DNA from: Octopus bimaculoides | Taxonomy: Eukaryota | Direction: 5' to 3' | Assembly: GCF_001194135.2 (NCBI RefSeq) | Contig: NC_068993.1 | Location: 24,510,720 to 24,574,719 of the forward strand | Length of the DNA: 64,000 nt | Shown: one piece after another, positions 1 to 13,023 of the stretch | Numbering within the stretch: position 1 is the first letter of the stretch | Layout: each line of letters starts with the position of its first letter | The notes under the pieces: model-generated | Seen by the model: only the letters and a program-made list of their open reading frames with translations | What the model was told of the DNA's origin: nothing | Databases searched by the model: none | Position numbers and translations under genes: made by a program

Positions 1-1116
1 CTGTCTGATTATATTGTGAATTTTCTATCGGAAATCAATTTTTGTAAACCCATGAATAGATAAAAAAAAATTCGTGTTGTTTATGAATATGAGTTTCGTC
101 GTGGAACCAGTGCATCACAGCGGGCTTGAAACATCAATGAGGTGTTTGGAGAAGATGTGGCGAATGATTTCAGTGCGCGTCGATGGTTTGAGAAGTTCCG
201 GTCTGGCAATTTTACTCTTGAAAATCAGTCCCCTGGTAGACCTGAGACCGAGGTAGATAATGAGGAGCTGGAAACTGTAGTGAAGGCGGAGTTAGCTGCA
301 AGGTTTGATGTTTCGATTCCAACTGTAATGGATAATCTGAAACAAATCGGCGAAGTAAAGAAGCTGGACAAGTGGGTACCACACGAATTGAACGAGCATC
401 AAATGACAAGTCATCTCGAAACTTGCTGTTCTTTACTGTTACGGCATAAAAGCGAACACTTTTTGCATCGTATTGTTACGTGTGAGGAAAAATGGATTTG
501 TTTTCAACAATAGCAATAGTTCTGAACAGTGCTTGGATAGAGACGAATTGTCAAAACACAATCCAAAAAAGAATATTCACCAGAAAAAGCTAATGGTATC
601 TGTTTGGTGGTCCAGCACTGGCGTCATCCACAACAGCTTCACGAGAACTGGTAAGTCAATTACAGCGGATATATACATCAACTAACTCGATGAAATGATG
701 AATGTACTTGCAATTAAACAACCGAGATTGGTTAATAGAGACAGGCCAATTCTCTTGCAAGACAATGCTCGACCACATTTTGCAGAAAGAAAGCTACTCA
801 AGTTACAGGAACTGTACTCCACCATATTCAACAGACCTCGAACCAACTGACTATCACATTTTCCAGTCATTAGACAAGTTTGCAAGGGAAAAACTTTAAA
901 TCTGAAGAAGATACAAAAGCAACCTCTCGTGATTTCATCACCTATTCTTGCTCTCCAGAATTCTTCTCTGCCGGCAAAAATAAGCTACGGATAAAATGGC
1001 AAAATTGTGTTGACAATTTAGGTGCATACTTTGATTAATTGCATTGCTTTTTGTTGAGATAAAGTAAAACAAACTTTTCAGTTCAACATCAGACAGTCCA
1101 TTGTTAATGAGCTGAT
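1..1116 (+). mobile_element. Decayed mariner (Tc1/mariner, DD34D-type) DNA transposon; left TIR runs off the window edge
   Basis: Transposase relic from ATG 52 to TAA 1038 with stops and frameshifts: WFEKFRSG..GRP HTH, WVPHEL, HRIVTCEEKW (first D lost), LLQDNARPH, YSTDLEPTDY (YSPDLAPSDY-like), C-terminal GAYFD*. Bases 1-9 ctgtctgat are the reverse complement of 1088-1096, and the right end is followed by TA repeats. Confidence 0.93.
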
Positions 1117-1130
1117 ATATATATATATAT

Positions 1131-1525
1131 TTCTCTTTCGCCTGTTTCAGTCATTTGACTGCGGCCATGCTGGAGCACCGCCTTTAGTCGAGCAAATCGA
1201 CCCCAGGACGTATTCTTTAAAAGCCTAGTACTTATTATATCGGTCTCTTTTGCCGAACCGCTAAGTTATGGGTACATAAGCACACCACCAGCAGTTGTCA
1301 AGCGATGTTAGGGGGACAAACACAGACACACAAATATATACACACATACATATATACATATATACGACGGGCTTGTTTCAGTTTCCGTCTACCAATTCCA
1401 CTCACAAGGCTTTGGTCGGCCCGAGGCTATAGTGGAAGACACGTGCCCAGGTGCCACGCAGTGGGAATGAACCCGGAACCATGTGGTTGGTAAGCAAGCT
1501 ACTTACCACACAGTCACTTCTGCCA
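1131..1525 (-). mobile_element. tRNA-derived SINE (family A/B): tRNA head, body, internal (TG/TA)n, 3' tail
   Basis: Minus strand starts with a box A-like tgtggtaagtagc and a box B-like ggttccgggttcattccc. The tail ggcggtgctccagcatggccgcagtcaaatgactgaaacag recurs at 35905, 46890 and 53515. Confidence 0.8.
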
Positions 1526-2410
1526 CTCCATATATAATATGGTGAATTTATGGAAAGAAGTTCCATAAAACTCGTCAATTTAGTTCAAAATAGAGGAGAC
1601 AACTTGTTGAAGTATATTCGAAGTTTAATTCTTGCAGACGATCGTTTCGTACAGAGATATAATCTTAATGTAAATTCATAATTGAATTACATTAATTATA
1701 TATCAACGTAGTTTTCAGTGCAGGAAGAAAACACCATAATGCAAAGAACTTGAGAAGGAATATAGCAGAAGAATTGAATCTAGGAGATTCATATTTGTAT
1801 TCGTGTGAGAAAGAGATGTGAGTAATGTCGGATATACAACCCTAACTAACGGCTACAACAGATATTTGAAGATATAAGTAAAGAGCTATCATAGACGTTC
1901 CCTCTATAGATGAGTATGGAAATTAGAAATTCAAATTCCAAATAAGTAGCGTAGGGCAAATATGTATTTGAGTTGTCCAATGGAACGACACTTCTAGGTT
2001 TGAATTAAAAGATGAGCTAATCTTTGAAAACATTTCGTAATTTCATGTATTTTTATACACAAGAAACAAGTTTAGCGTGAGGGAGTTGTATATAAGAAGT
2101 TAATAGTCACTTTTTGCTTAGTCTGATATTTTTTAGAAAAAATATATTTATATTTTACCCTTTACTTTGGAATATAATTACTCATTACATCCACTTTACA
2201 TTACTATATCTTTCACTATCTTTGTAAATTTTTTCTTTAACATTTCCTTCTTACAATAGCATAAGGGATCGGGTGAGAGTGGGATGGGATGTATAGGGAT
2301 GTTGGGGTTGGAATGTGTAGGGGTGGGGTAACGAGGGAGGGGGACGATGGAGGGAGAGAGTGGAAGGGAGAAGGTGGATAGGAGTGAAAGAGGAAGTAAG
2401 TGCCAGAGTA

Positions 2411-2433
2411 TACACACACACACACACACACAC

Positions 2434-2499
<66 letters not shown>
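2411..2499. repeat. Compound (CA)n(TA)n microsatellite
   Basis: Direct reading. Confidence 0.97.
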
Positions 2500-2502
<3 letters not shown>

Positions 2503-2808
2503 AATTCAAAACACGTTAGAGAAAACTGTACCTGGGTACCAAAGGTTGAGCAATATGCAATGTTTTAAAACCGAAAATAATCTTTACAAACTGTACTTTA
2601 TCGCTCGTCAGGCAGCTTTGATCAGAAAACTCTGGTTTCATAAATTTGAAATAAAACATGTCAAATTCTTAAATCTATAGTAATTAACACCAAAATATAC
2701 AGTGCGTGTATTTTCATTGGCTAAACTGGCAATATGATCATCCCCAAGTACAACAACATCTGTTTCAACACACGATTTCTCATAAAAAATCTTGCAAAAC
2801 AAATACAT

Positions 2809-2845
<37 letters not shown>

Positions 2846-3280
2846 TGATGGATTTAAGTATACGCAAAGCATGTAATTCATAGTCATTCGTTCAGTTGTT
2901 TGAACTTTACCATTCTATCCAATGTTTCTTCGGGTTTTCGCTTTTTCTATAGACTGATAAAGAGATATGTGCGCTATAACTATAGCCTGTTTATCTATAC
3001 GTGCGCAGAAACGTTCGCATTCTTCGTATTGCTCACCAACTTCCAACAAATAATGTATTTGCTAAAAAGGAAGAGGATAAAGCAGAGACTGAAGATGACG
3101 TACAATTAAATGGATGCAAAGTAGATACAATTCTCCCACTTCCAACTTAGCCATCCAGTAACCTTACTGCAAAAATGCTGCTAGTACAACTAAACAGGTT
3201 GTTTATGCAATAGTCATCTAGATCTCAGTGATTAGACTCATACTATACTTGCAAATAGCTATCCCTGTTGTTCTCAAAGT

Positions 3281-3283
<3 letters not shown>

Positions 3284-3341
<58 letters not shown>

Positions 3342-3359
3342 CAGATAGATAGATAGATA
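3284..3359. repeat. (GATA)n microsatellite
   Basis: Direct reading. Confidence 0.97.
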
Positions 3360-3419
3360 TGAATGTACGTGTGTATGCACGTCTGTTTATTTGTGTATAA
3401 ATACATACATCACTATCAA

Positions 3420-3700
3420 TGACACTCTTGTCGTAGATGACTAATGAGAGTTTTGCAATATCTTGCTGAACAACCTGTACAAAGCATTTCTTTATACTGA
3501 TTAAATGTTTGTGCTATACATTAGCTTACTCTCTCAATATAAATGACATTGCTTGTACAGCTGCACGATTAAATGTCGAAGTAATCGCAGTGCAACGTGA
3601 AATGAATTTCATTAAAGAAGAACACCAGCACCACCCGATCCAAACATTGAAACTACGACGATTGGATCGTGAATGCAACTCTCCAACTACTAGGTCATGC
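3420..3700 (-). mobile_element. tRNA-derived SINE (family D), decayed
   Basis: Reverse complement gcatgacctagtagttggagagttgcattcacgatcc...gtttcaat...ttcatttcacgttgcactgcgattacttcgac aligns along its length with the plus-strand copy at 42955-43250. Confidence 0.7.
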
Positions 3701-4485
3701 ATACATTAATATATATATATATATATATATANNNNNNNNNNNNNNNNNNNNNNNNNNNNNNNNNNNNNNNNNNNNNNNNNNNNNNNNNNNNNNNNNNNNN
3801 NNNNNNNNNNNNNNNNNNNNNNNNNNNNNNNNNNNNNNNNNNNNNNNNNNNNNNNNNNNNNNNNNNNNNNNNNNNNNNNNNNNNNNNNNNNNNNNNNNNN
3901 NNNNNNNNNNNNNNNNNNNNNNNNNNNNNNNNNNNNNNNNNNNNNNNNNNNNNNNNNNNNNNNNNNNNNNNNNNNNNNNNNNNNNNNNNNNNNNNNNNNN
4001 NNNNNNNNNNNNNNNNNNNNNNNNNNNNNNNNNNNNTATATAAATACATATATATATGTATATGAGGATATTATTGTTTATAATAATATCCGTGGTTTAG
4101 CATGCGTAAAAAACCTATAAAGGAAAAAATGCTAAGCCACTGATATTATTATAAACAATAATATCGTCATATATATTTATATAATTTTTATTCACTTCCA
4201 TAACCTTTTAAAATTTGCTGCGGCATTAAAAACAGTCATCGCACTCATTGGTTGAGAGGAAAAAACTCTTCTGCCCTGGGGTCAGTAAGACTCGCTGTAG
4301 ATGAACTAAGAGTTTTTCTTAAAGTTCTAAATCACTGTGATACGGATATGTCTGACTTTTTCAATTTTCGATCATTTTCGTCATAGGTACCGAGACTTGG
4401 AGTTTTTGTTAATTTGCCCGATTTCACCTCTGTGTTTAAGTGAAAACTTATCCTTTGGTCATTTTGACTGCTATGTTAGCGTGCC

Positions 4486-6442
4486 GGTACTGCCTGTTAG
4501 AGATCTAGGACAATTCGCCCTAAGACATTTCGTCGTAGGACAATTGATCGTAGGACAATTGGCCATTGGACAATTGACTGTAGGACTATTCGCCGTAAAA
4601 CAATTCACCGTACGGATATTTTGACGCAAGGACATTTTGTAGTGAACCATAAGAAGAGAAGGATAAAAATAAAAATAAAAATAATGAAGGTCATACACTT
4701 TATATAAAAAGTTAAACTAAAAAACTAAAAAGCTAAAAACCATGTAAGTTCATTGAAATTGCATGCAAATAAATGTTGGTTTTGGCTTATATCGTAACCT
4801 CTGACATTTTTTCTTGGTTGCTGTTTCTCCTCTTGCTGCATCGTTTACCTTCCTTTTAGAAAGAGATTCATTTTTCAAGACATTGATAAGTTTCTATAAA
4901 TTTGGATGAGTATTTGTAACAGATGCTTGCAGCACATAATCGAAACATTCTACTCCATTGCGGGCGTTAGCCAGCTGATTTAGGGATCTTTCATAAATAT
5001 TCCAAAGACCGATAGGAAAGTAGGAGAAATTCTATGTCTACAAGATCGCCTGACTGTCTCCCAACCAATGTAATGCCTTTCAAAATATGCCACAAGTTCT
5101 TGTGTCAAGTCATCGTCACCCAAAAACACTATGAATGCATCGATGGTGTCTGGAGGTGGGATGAATGCAAGTGTCATAAGGTACTTTACTTTTGTGTTAA
5201 AATCACAATCAGTTTGATATTACACCTTAAGCCCAATATCTGTCATCCTTCGGTAAACATTTTTACAGAAGTGTAAAGAACATCCTGTTACATTTGCAGA
5301 TGGAAAATTGTCAGAAAAACTTAGAAAACGATCTTGTTCAAAATCAGTCATTAGATTTCCAGGTCTTAGGGACCCGAGCAAGTGTTTAACCTTTTGAAAA
5401 AAACCTATTGTATGTGTCAAGAGTCTTATTCGGAAGGAGACTGTAAATTCGTGGGATGCGTGCATGTCCTATGTTGACACGTAGCTTATATAACTGATAA
5501 TAAATTTAAGGACAAACCTTAAATGTTCCACGCAAGCCTAATTATTTATTTCTAGATCGTGCAACCCTGCAGTCGTACCAAAAATCAACATTCTGTTTCG
5601 TCTTCACCCCACTATCGTAGAGTAAACATCTTTCTCTGTTTTGTAGACATAAATTCTTTGGGAATTACATACCCGATTCTTTGTCTAGGTAAAGGAGGGA
5701 CATTTCTTTTTGCCTCCATTTTCTGTTTCTTCATAAACTTGAAGTTGATGGCATAAGAGAGTGTTCTTCATCCACACCATTCAAAGATTTTGAAGCTAAC
5801 TGGGAATTAAGTGCATTTTCTTTCATAATTGCTATTGTTTCTTGCATTTTTAGTTGGCTAGGATTCGATGGATGTGTAATCTCATTTACAATTTTACAAA
5901 TAGAAATTACTTCACTATTCAGTTTTGTATGAACTCCTGCCTTACAGTTTGTATCAACGCACGTCCAATAGACCTTGCCTCCATATTTTCTTTCTTGTCT
6001 ATAAATAAAGTTAGAGTCGTCTACGAACTTATTACAACCTCTGTGCTTTTAATAGCGTACCACATCATAAGGGTTTAACTTTCAACTTTTAAAGAAAAAT
6101 AATGTAAATAATGTAAACGGTCGCGGTAACCTCTCAAAACAAGTTTTTGCTTTTGAATTTTCAAGATAAGTTTCTTATTTCTAAATAAATGTTAAACGAC
6201 TTTTCTGCTTTTAAATTCTCATTTCAGCAAATAACGATGCAGTTTCAAATTTAAACGATCTTTCTGTTTTTAAATTATCCTTTCAGCAATTACCGAACAT
6301 GATTGCTGTAAATAATATTCCTTTATCTACCTTATTTTAATTGAGAACGCAATTTCAAGTTTCTAACTTTTACGGCAAAATGTCTTTGCAGCGAAATATC
6401 CGTACGGCGAATAGTTCTACAGTCAATGGCCTGTTGGTACCC
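4486..6442 (-). mobile_element. Mutator-like (MULE) DNA transposon, decayed, with TIRs built of 15-bp subrepeats
   Basis: Minus-strand fragments LMTDFEQ..FPSANVTGCSLHFCKNVYRR (5220-5465) and LAFIPP..ELVAYFERHYIG (4980-5177) are MULE transposase motifs. The 15-bp units ggacaattcgccgta at 4508-4645 recur inverted at 6368-6442. Confidence 0.85.
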
Positions 6443-6579
6443 TTCATTATTAATATACATCTGTATGTATTCATATATATTTGTATGTATGTATGTGTAT
6501 GTATATGTATATATATATGTATATATATGTATNNNNNNNNNNNNNNNNNNNNNNNNNNNNNNNNNNNNNNNNNNNNNNN

Positions 6580-6623
<44 letters not shown>

Positions 6624-6700
6624 ATATATACATATGTATACATATATATTTGTATGTATGTATATACATACACATATGAATACACACACACATATATATT

Positions 6701-6746
<46 letters not shown>

Positions 6747-7049
6747 ATTGCTAGAGGACAGAGTCTGTTTAGAATGGAGAGAAAGAGTGAGTTGGCAGTT
6801 TATAGATGGGTATTGTCATAATTTAGAAAATGTATAACTGACTGTCTATAACGAAGGCTGGGTAGTAGAAGACCGTAAATCAAGATGTTAATTACCACTG
6901 AAAGGGGCAAGACGCTAATAAAACCTATCTCTGTTCTATTTCATTGAAGACCTGACTCTCCTCAATAAAATCTGAACCTGACAGGTGGTCAGCTGCTATA
7001 TAGTGAGTTTTGTTAACTACATTGATTAATACTACCCCTCTTATGGTGA

Positions 7050-7890
7050 CTTTTTCTCTGTTTCTGTTGTTGTAGTAGTTTGTGTCATCTTAAACATTGG
7101 CATTTTCAATTATTTGTTTGTCTTGCCTCACTTTTCTGGGATTTGTTACTTGTTTTCAAACTTTTTTTTTCAAATCCCATGAACGATATTCTGTTTCTAT
7201 GCTTGCATTTTATAACCATCTCAGAGTGATTATTTATCACGCTTTCCCTGGATGTTATTTTTCTCAGGATTTCTTCACTGCATATGTTGAATACTCGTCA
7301 AGTCTCGTTATAAGGTGAAGCATTCTTTATAATTGACGAGTGGATTGTGTATTCCACTCCGTTCTGTTTTAGCCTCCAGACGAAGTTCGATACACATATA
7401 GAGTGTCGTTTGTTTATATTGATTTCTCAGACGATTTTTGATGGTGTCTGCGGAACTACCAATGTATACATATTTCTGCGTATTTGCCTTGACCTCAAAT
7501 TTGTACACTACATTCTGTATCATGAATTTGTTGCCAAATCGAAATTCGTCTTTACGTCTGAAGTTAATCGTGATACTATTGTTTTCTTTCTATCCGTAAT
7601 CGTGCACTCATTTTCCTCATGTATGCATTGTACTTCTAACTGTGAATGTTGTTTGAGTTTGATTTTGCTATTGATGAGATTTTACTACCACTATTTTCCA
7701 CCGTTCTATCATTGAACACAGTTCTGTTAGGTTTGTTTGGTTTAAATACCTCCTCTGGTAATATTCTATTAAGTTCTATGTTATTTAGTTTGTGTATGGG
7801 GTACCCTAGACTATGAGAAGTTTCCTATGCTAGTTTTATATTAGTCTGTTTATGATTTTGTGATATTTGGAAGATATATATATATACATA
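7050..7890 (-). mobile_element. Penelope-like retroelement fragment (GIY-YIG endonuclease end)
   Basis: QNVVYKFEV...KYVYIGSSADTIKNRLRN (7308-7523) is a GIY-YIG motif, followed by C-terminal KCKHRNR. Confidence 0.75.
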
Positions 7891-7950
7891 TAAAAACACA
7901 AACCGTTCATGGCGAAAAACATTTTTCGCCATGAACGGTTTGTGTTTTTA
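7891..7950. repeat. Perfect 29-bp-arm palindrome (2-nt loop)
   Basis: taaaaacacaaaccgttcatggcgaaaaa-ca-tttttcgccatgaacggtttgtgttttta; the arms are exact reverse complements. Confidence 0.97.
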
Positions 7951-9432
7951 AACCGAATGTATTTTTTCTGATATTATATTTATTCCTGAATGATGTGTAA
8001 AGAAATTTTGATTTAAGCATCTTAATGAATTCTTTATACTGAAATATATTGAAGAAGATAAATATGTTCATTTGAATTTATACGTTTTTGCGTCGTAACT
8101 CCGTTATTATTATTATATANNNNNNNNNNNNNNNNNNNNNNNNNNNNNNNNNNNNNNNNNNNNNNNNNNNNNNNNNNNNNNNNNNNNNNNNNNNNNNNNN
8201 NNNNNNNNNNNNNNNNNNNNNNNNNNNNNNNNNNNNNNNNNNNNNNNNNNNNNNNNNNNNNNNNNNNNNNNNNNNNNNNNNNNNNNNNNNNNNNNNNNNN
8301 NNNNNNNNNNNNNNNNNNNNNNNNNNNNNNNNNNNNNNNNNNNNNNNNNNNNNNNNNNNNNNNNNNNNNNNNNNNNNNNNNNNNNNNNNNNNNNNNNNNN
8401 NNNNNNNNNNNNNNNNNNNNNNNNNNNNNNNNNNNNNNNNNNNNNNNNNNNNNNNNNNNNNNNNNNNNNNNNNNNNNNNNNNNNNNNNNNNNNNNNNNNN
8501 NNNNNNNNNNNNNNNNNNNNNNNNNNNNNNNNNNNNNNNNNNNNNNNNNNNNNNNNNNNNNNNNNNNNNNNNNNNNNNNNNNNNNNNNNNNNNNNNNNNN
8601 NNNNNNNNNNNNNNNNNNNNNNNNNNNNNNNNNNNNNNNNNNNNNNNNNNNNNNNNNNNNNNNATATATATAAAACACCCTAGTCACATTTAGTGACAGT
8701 TATAATTCGAGAAATATTCCAACCTGCTGTTTATTTCAATTGAAGATATATATATATATATATATATTAGCCAATAAACCTTATTTTATTTTCTCTCTCT
8801 GCTTATTTCTGTGTTCCTTTCTGTTGAAGAGCGTGAAGCTAATACATATGTTTGTTGTTTACACACCCGTCTTCGTCTTTTGTTTTGCTTTTTTATAAAT
8901 TCCAACTACATACATACATACATACATACATACATACAAGACAAAATGAGTACAAATTGCAGTCTAATTAAAAACAAGAGAACTGTCTTTAACATTTCGA
9001 ATTTGAAAAGAGAAGGGACGAGCGATAAAGGGGGTGATATATATTAATCTGTTTTAGGTGCGAATGACAACGGCTAGGTCGAAAATAACCGCATATGACA
9101 GAGAAGACAGAGGGTTTCAGCGACACAAGTGCAACAGTATATAATTCATGTATACATCTTTTTTTTTTTTTTTTATACCTGTGTCGATGTGCTCTTAAGT
9201 CGTAGTTGCGTGTATGTGTGTTCGTTTATGTGTGGTATTTGTGAGTCAGTACACAAATTATGTGTGGAAATTTTGTGTGTGAATTGAAGTATGCGAGTAT
9301 ATGCATGACAGTGCCCATCTGCTATAAGGGCGGATGGGTATTTTCTTTCAATGGTAGGTTGCGCAATGACGATACTGTATGCATGGAATAGTACTATGGA
9401 TGTATGCGCGTGTGTATACATATGTGTGTGTG

Positions 9433-9464
<32 letters not shown>

Positions 9465-9869
9465 AGCGTGTTAGCTGTCTCAATGGGTGTTATGTAGTGA
9501 TGTTATGAGAACATTGTATGGTGCGTGTATGCTTACATTTCTTTGTTGACGAGAGCGTGCGTCTTTACGTATTTGTGTGCTGTTAGTGTGGTTAATGTTG
9601 TGTCCTAATACGTGATATTTCAATCTTGTATATTTGTGGAATTCCTGTGTAGAGTGTGTATATATCACTGTGTGATTCGTGAAAGTTGTGCGTTCGTGTG
9701 TGTATGTATTTGTTTGAATGATCAGAAGGTATTGATCAGGCTGATATTGTGATAGACGACACGTACACAATGTGTCGAGAAGTGTGATCAAAATTTAAAG
9801 CACGATATTTCGAAACGAATTTTTTTTATTGCAATCCAGATGTGTGTGCTCGCGTGGTGTGTGTATGTG

Positions 9870-9929
<60 letters not shown>

Positions 9930-9999
9930 TATGAGTTTGTGCCTGTGTAAGAGAGAGAATATCTGTGAGAATGTGTGTTTTCCTTGGTGAGTCTGGAGG

Positions 10000-12850
10000 A
10001 AGGGACAGAGCCCATGACCACTGCCGTCCCTCCTAGACTGGTGACATTCATATCATTAATGTTCTATTTAACTAGTCAACAATTGCAGGAAACTATCATT
10101 TGGGAGAAAATTCCGTGGGGATGATATCCTGTGGATGAGGTATTATGCATAGTGGTTAGTGTGAGAGAGTGATAGGTTGAACGCAATAAGGGTGATGATA
10201 GGTGAAGGGAAGAGTAGATAAGTGATGGATTTATGAGACTAGCCAGATCTGACGAGCAGTGCCAAAATATTAGTGATAGAAACATAGAGACAGAAGATAA
10301 ACACAACCGTACTCCAAAGACAAATGATGTACTGTCAGCGATGAGCGTTTTTGTAAATGATGGTGGGCCACTCAGCCGAGGCACTTTCTCTGGTTGTGGT
10401 CCAAGATAATTGTGTGCGTAGTAAACAACTGCGAACCTTCTGGAGCCTTGTAGAGTATCAGCAACAACAGTGGGATGCAATATCTCCCGCCTTGATGAAA
10501 AGAACTAATCTTAGGCATTAGCTGTAAGAAGGATGTGCTCTCGCCTGGCAAAAGTTTTGGTGATAATGAAGCCAAGCATTACGACTGACTGTGTGAGGTC
10601 TTGTTGAGTGCCGCTCATGTTTAGAAGAAATATGGCACGGTAGTGTCTTCTTGATATCAATAGCACTTGAGATGTTTTTTTCACAAGGCTGTCATCCCGT
10701 CTTCGAGGATATTGAAGAGATTTCCGTTTATAGAATCAAGGAACGTTTGGGTTGTGTTGTCTGGATTGCATGTGGATAATGTATGGTAAGGAAAAATTAA
10801 GGAAGGGATAATGTCATTTGCATAACAGTAGGCATTTTGTGATGAACCGTCAAGTAGATCACTGATGTACAGAAAGAAGATATCATATTATAGAACAGAA
10901 CCCTAAGGAATACCGGACTTCACTAAAGATGTGGTAGAAAGAATTCCATTAACACAAGCTGAAATTGTACAAAGCTGACGATAAGGAAATGAGATTGGTA
11001 AAACACGTTGATGACAAGTTTTGATCGGGGATGTGCATGCCTGAAACGATCGAAAGTTTTGCTGAGACCTTGAGCAACATCATTATTTTAGCAGAATTTC
11101 TCTAAAGTGAGATTGTATTAGTGAGTGACATAGAAAAATAGATCTCAAGTGGATCTGACTCTGCGGAAGTTCTTCTGGTAGTCATTGAAGAAAGAGATTC
11201 AAGATGACGGAAGATGTTATTGTTAAGAGTAGCCCTTACTCTGGAGAAATTAAAAGTGGGAACGATAGTGCAATAACTGGTTGCATCGAAGAGGTTGTCA
11301 TTGTTTTAGGATGGGACAAACTAAGATGTCCGTCTAAATGTTAGTGTATTTCCTTGTGGAGAATGAAAGATTAGAGGTTTTGGTGAGTATATGGACAGGT
11401 TTGGGGGTACAATATTTGAGAATACTTGAAGGGATCCTGTCAAGGACAGTAACATTTGTGTGAAGTGGCTGGAAATATGTCCGGACTTGGCCATTGTGTA
11501 GCAGACTGAGAGTTTGTTGGAGTGGAAGGTGTGTCGAATTGCAGGAGCTGGGCAAAGGTGTATATATAATGCGGAATTGAAGATAACTGTAGCAGTAATG
11601 GTGGAGACTACGACACAATGTTTGTGGCGTCCTCATTGGTTAGAAAAAGAGACTCTGCAAACTTGGTAAAGTAAGTGAAGAGAAACGATCGGCTGCAGTT
11701 TGGGAGACTTAAGAGCTTGAGCGACGAAATTATCCTTTGCACATTTATTATTGACCTTGCAGGTGTTACGCAGCCGGGGCAACGTCAACCAATTTTCGGA
11801 TGTGAACGAGAACTTCCAGATATTTTGGTCCTTGGTTGTTGCCCGAACAGATGCTGCACAACTACGAGTCAACCACTCGAAACAGTAGAATGAATGCTTT
11901 TGTTGCGTGACGGACTGACAGCTATAAGGATATTCACGGGCAGAGTTTTCGCAGTTTCTGAAAAATCAAGACTGAAGCACGTGTACTGCCAGGTATAAGT
12001 GACATAAAGCTAGTGAAATTCCAACCAGTTAGCCGAACTTGGGTATGCGGGCATTTGAAAATACCCCCACTGAGTGATGACTGCACCCTGCATAGTTACG
12101 AGCATAACACATGTTTAGTGACGTTGCCAGGGATACGGCGAAGTCAAAGGACTGCAGCTTGGTATATTGTTAAAAGGTAGCAGAAGGTCTCAACAGAGTC
12201 AACAGTGATTCTGACATTGATGCTGAGTGGAGAAATCCTAGAAGATCAACAGTCAGAATCACCATGCTCTATCAAGCGAGTAACTGCAGCGATAGCGAGA
12301 AAGAGTCATGGAAATCCGCGGAAGCAGCCGACCTGATGTGGCATAAGTTCCGGAATAAGGTTGTGTTGCATAGTATGTGATTTTATGTTGAGCAGTTGTG
12401 ATGAGGCGTGACAATATGTCCCGATCGATGCAGTGACAATTTTGGTATAGTAGAGGTCAAGTTTTTAGATGGAATCAAGGATGTTCGGGATGTCTATACA
12501 ACGGTCTGGAATGCCAGGAGGACATGCAGCAACTCTTAATAATCACTTCCACACCAGACGTTTCACCGTGTGATGACTGAGAGAGCTATGAGGAATTGCG
12601 ACCCCTTATACTGGAAAGATTTCTCAGCAGTCTCCAGAGTTCGAGGCGCGATAGGGAAGTGGATGTTTCTAGAAATGAGTGAGCAAGAGTAACTAGAAGT
12701 TGGTGATGCCGAAATTCAGACAACTGAAGTGATAGAAAGTGGGAGTGGGAGGAAAGATTCAAGTGCACATAAATAACTGAACAAAAGAAAAATAGAGAAC
12801 TACGTTTACACCAGATATTTCGCTAAGAAACCGCAGAGCTGCTCCGTTGC
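10000..12850 (-). mobile_element. CR1/L2-type non-LTR retrotransposon, heavily decayed ORF2
   Basis: Minus-strand RT motifs SKTFDR (DISKAFDR-like, about 11000-11080), GIP*GSVL (about 10900), FLYISDL and YANDI (YADD-like), plus C-terminal FWHCSSDLASLI and WNFLP. Many stops; the 5' boundary is approximate. Confidence 0.8.
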
Positions 12851-12991
12851 TACAACACATCTCTATTGAGATGGATGGTGAGAGCATCGTTTTCGTTTAT
12901 TTTTTGCTTACAGATTCTTTTACGAGTTTTTTTCTTTGCACTTGCTTTACTTTTATAATCACCAACATAGCCAAATTTTCTCTTACTTTCG

Positions 12992-13023
<32 letters not shown>

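Noticed and set aside
4508-4645. 15-bp tandem units that could be mistaken for a CRISPR or minisatellite array
   Set aside because: There are no unique spacers, the context is eukaryotic, and the units recur inverted at 6368-6442 as MULE TIR subrepeats.
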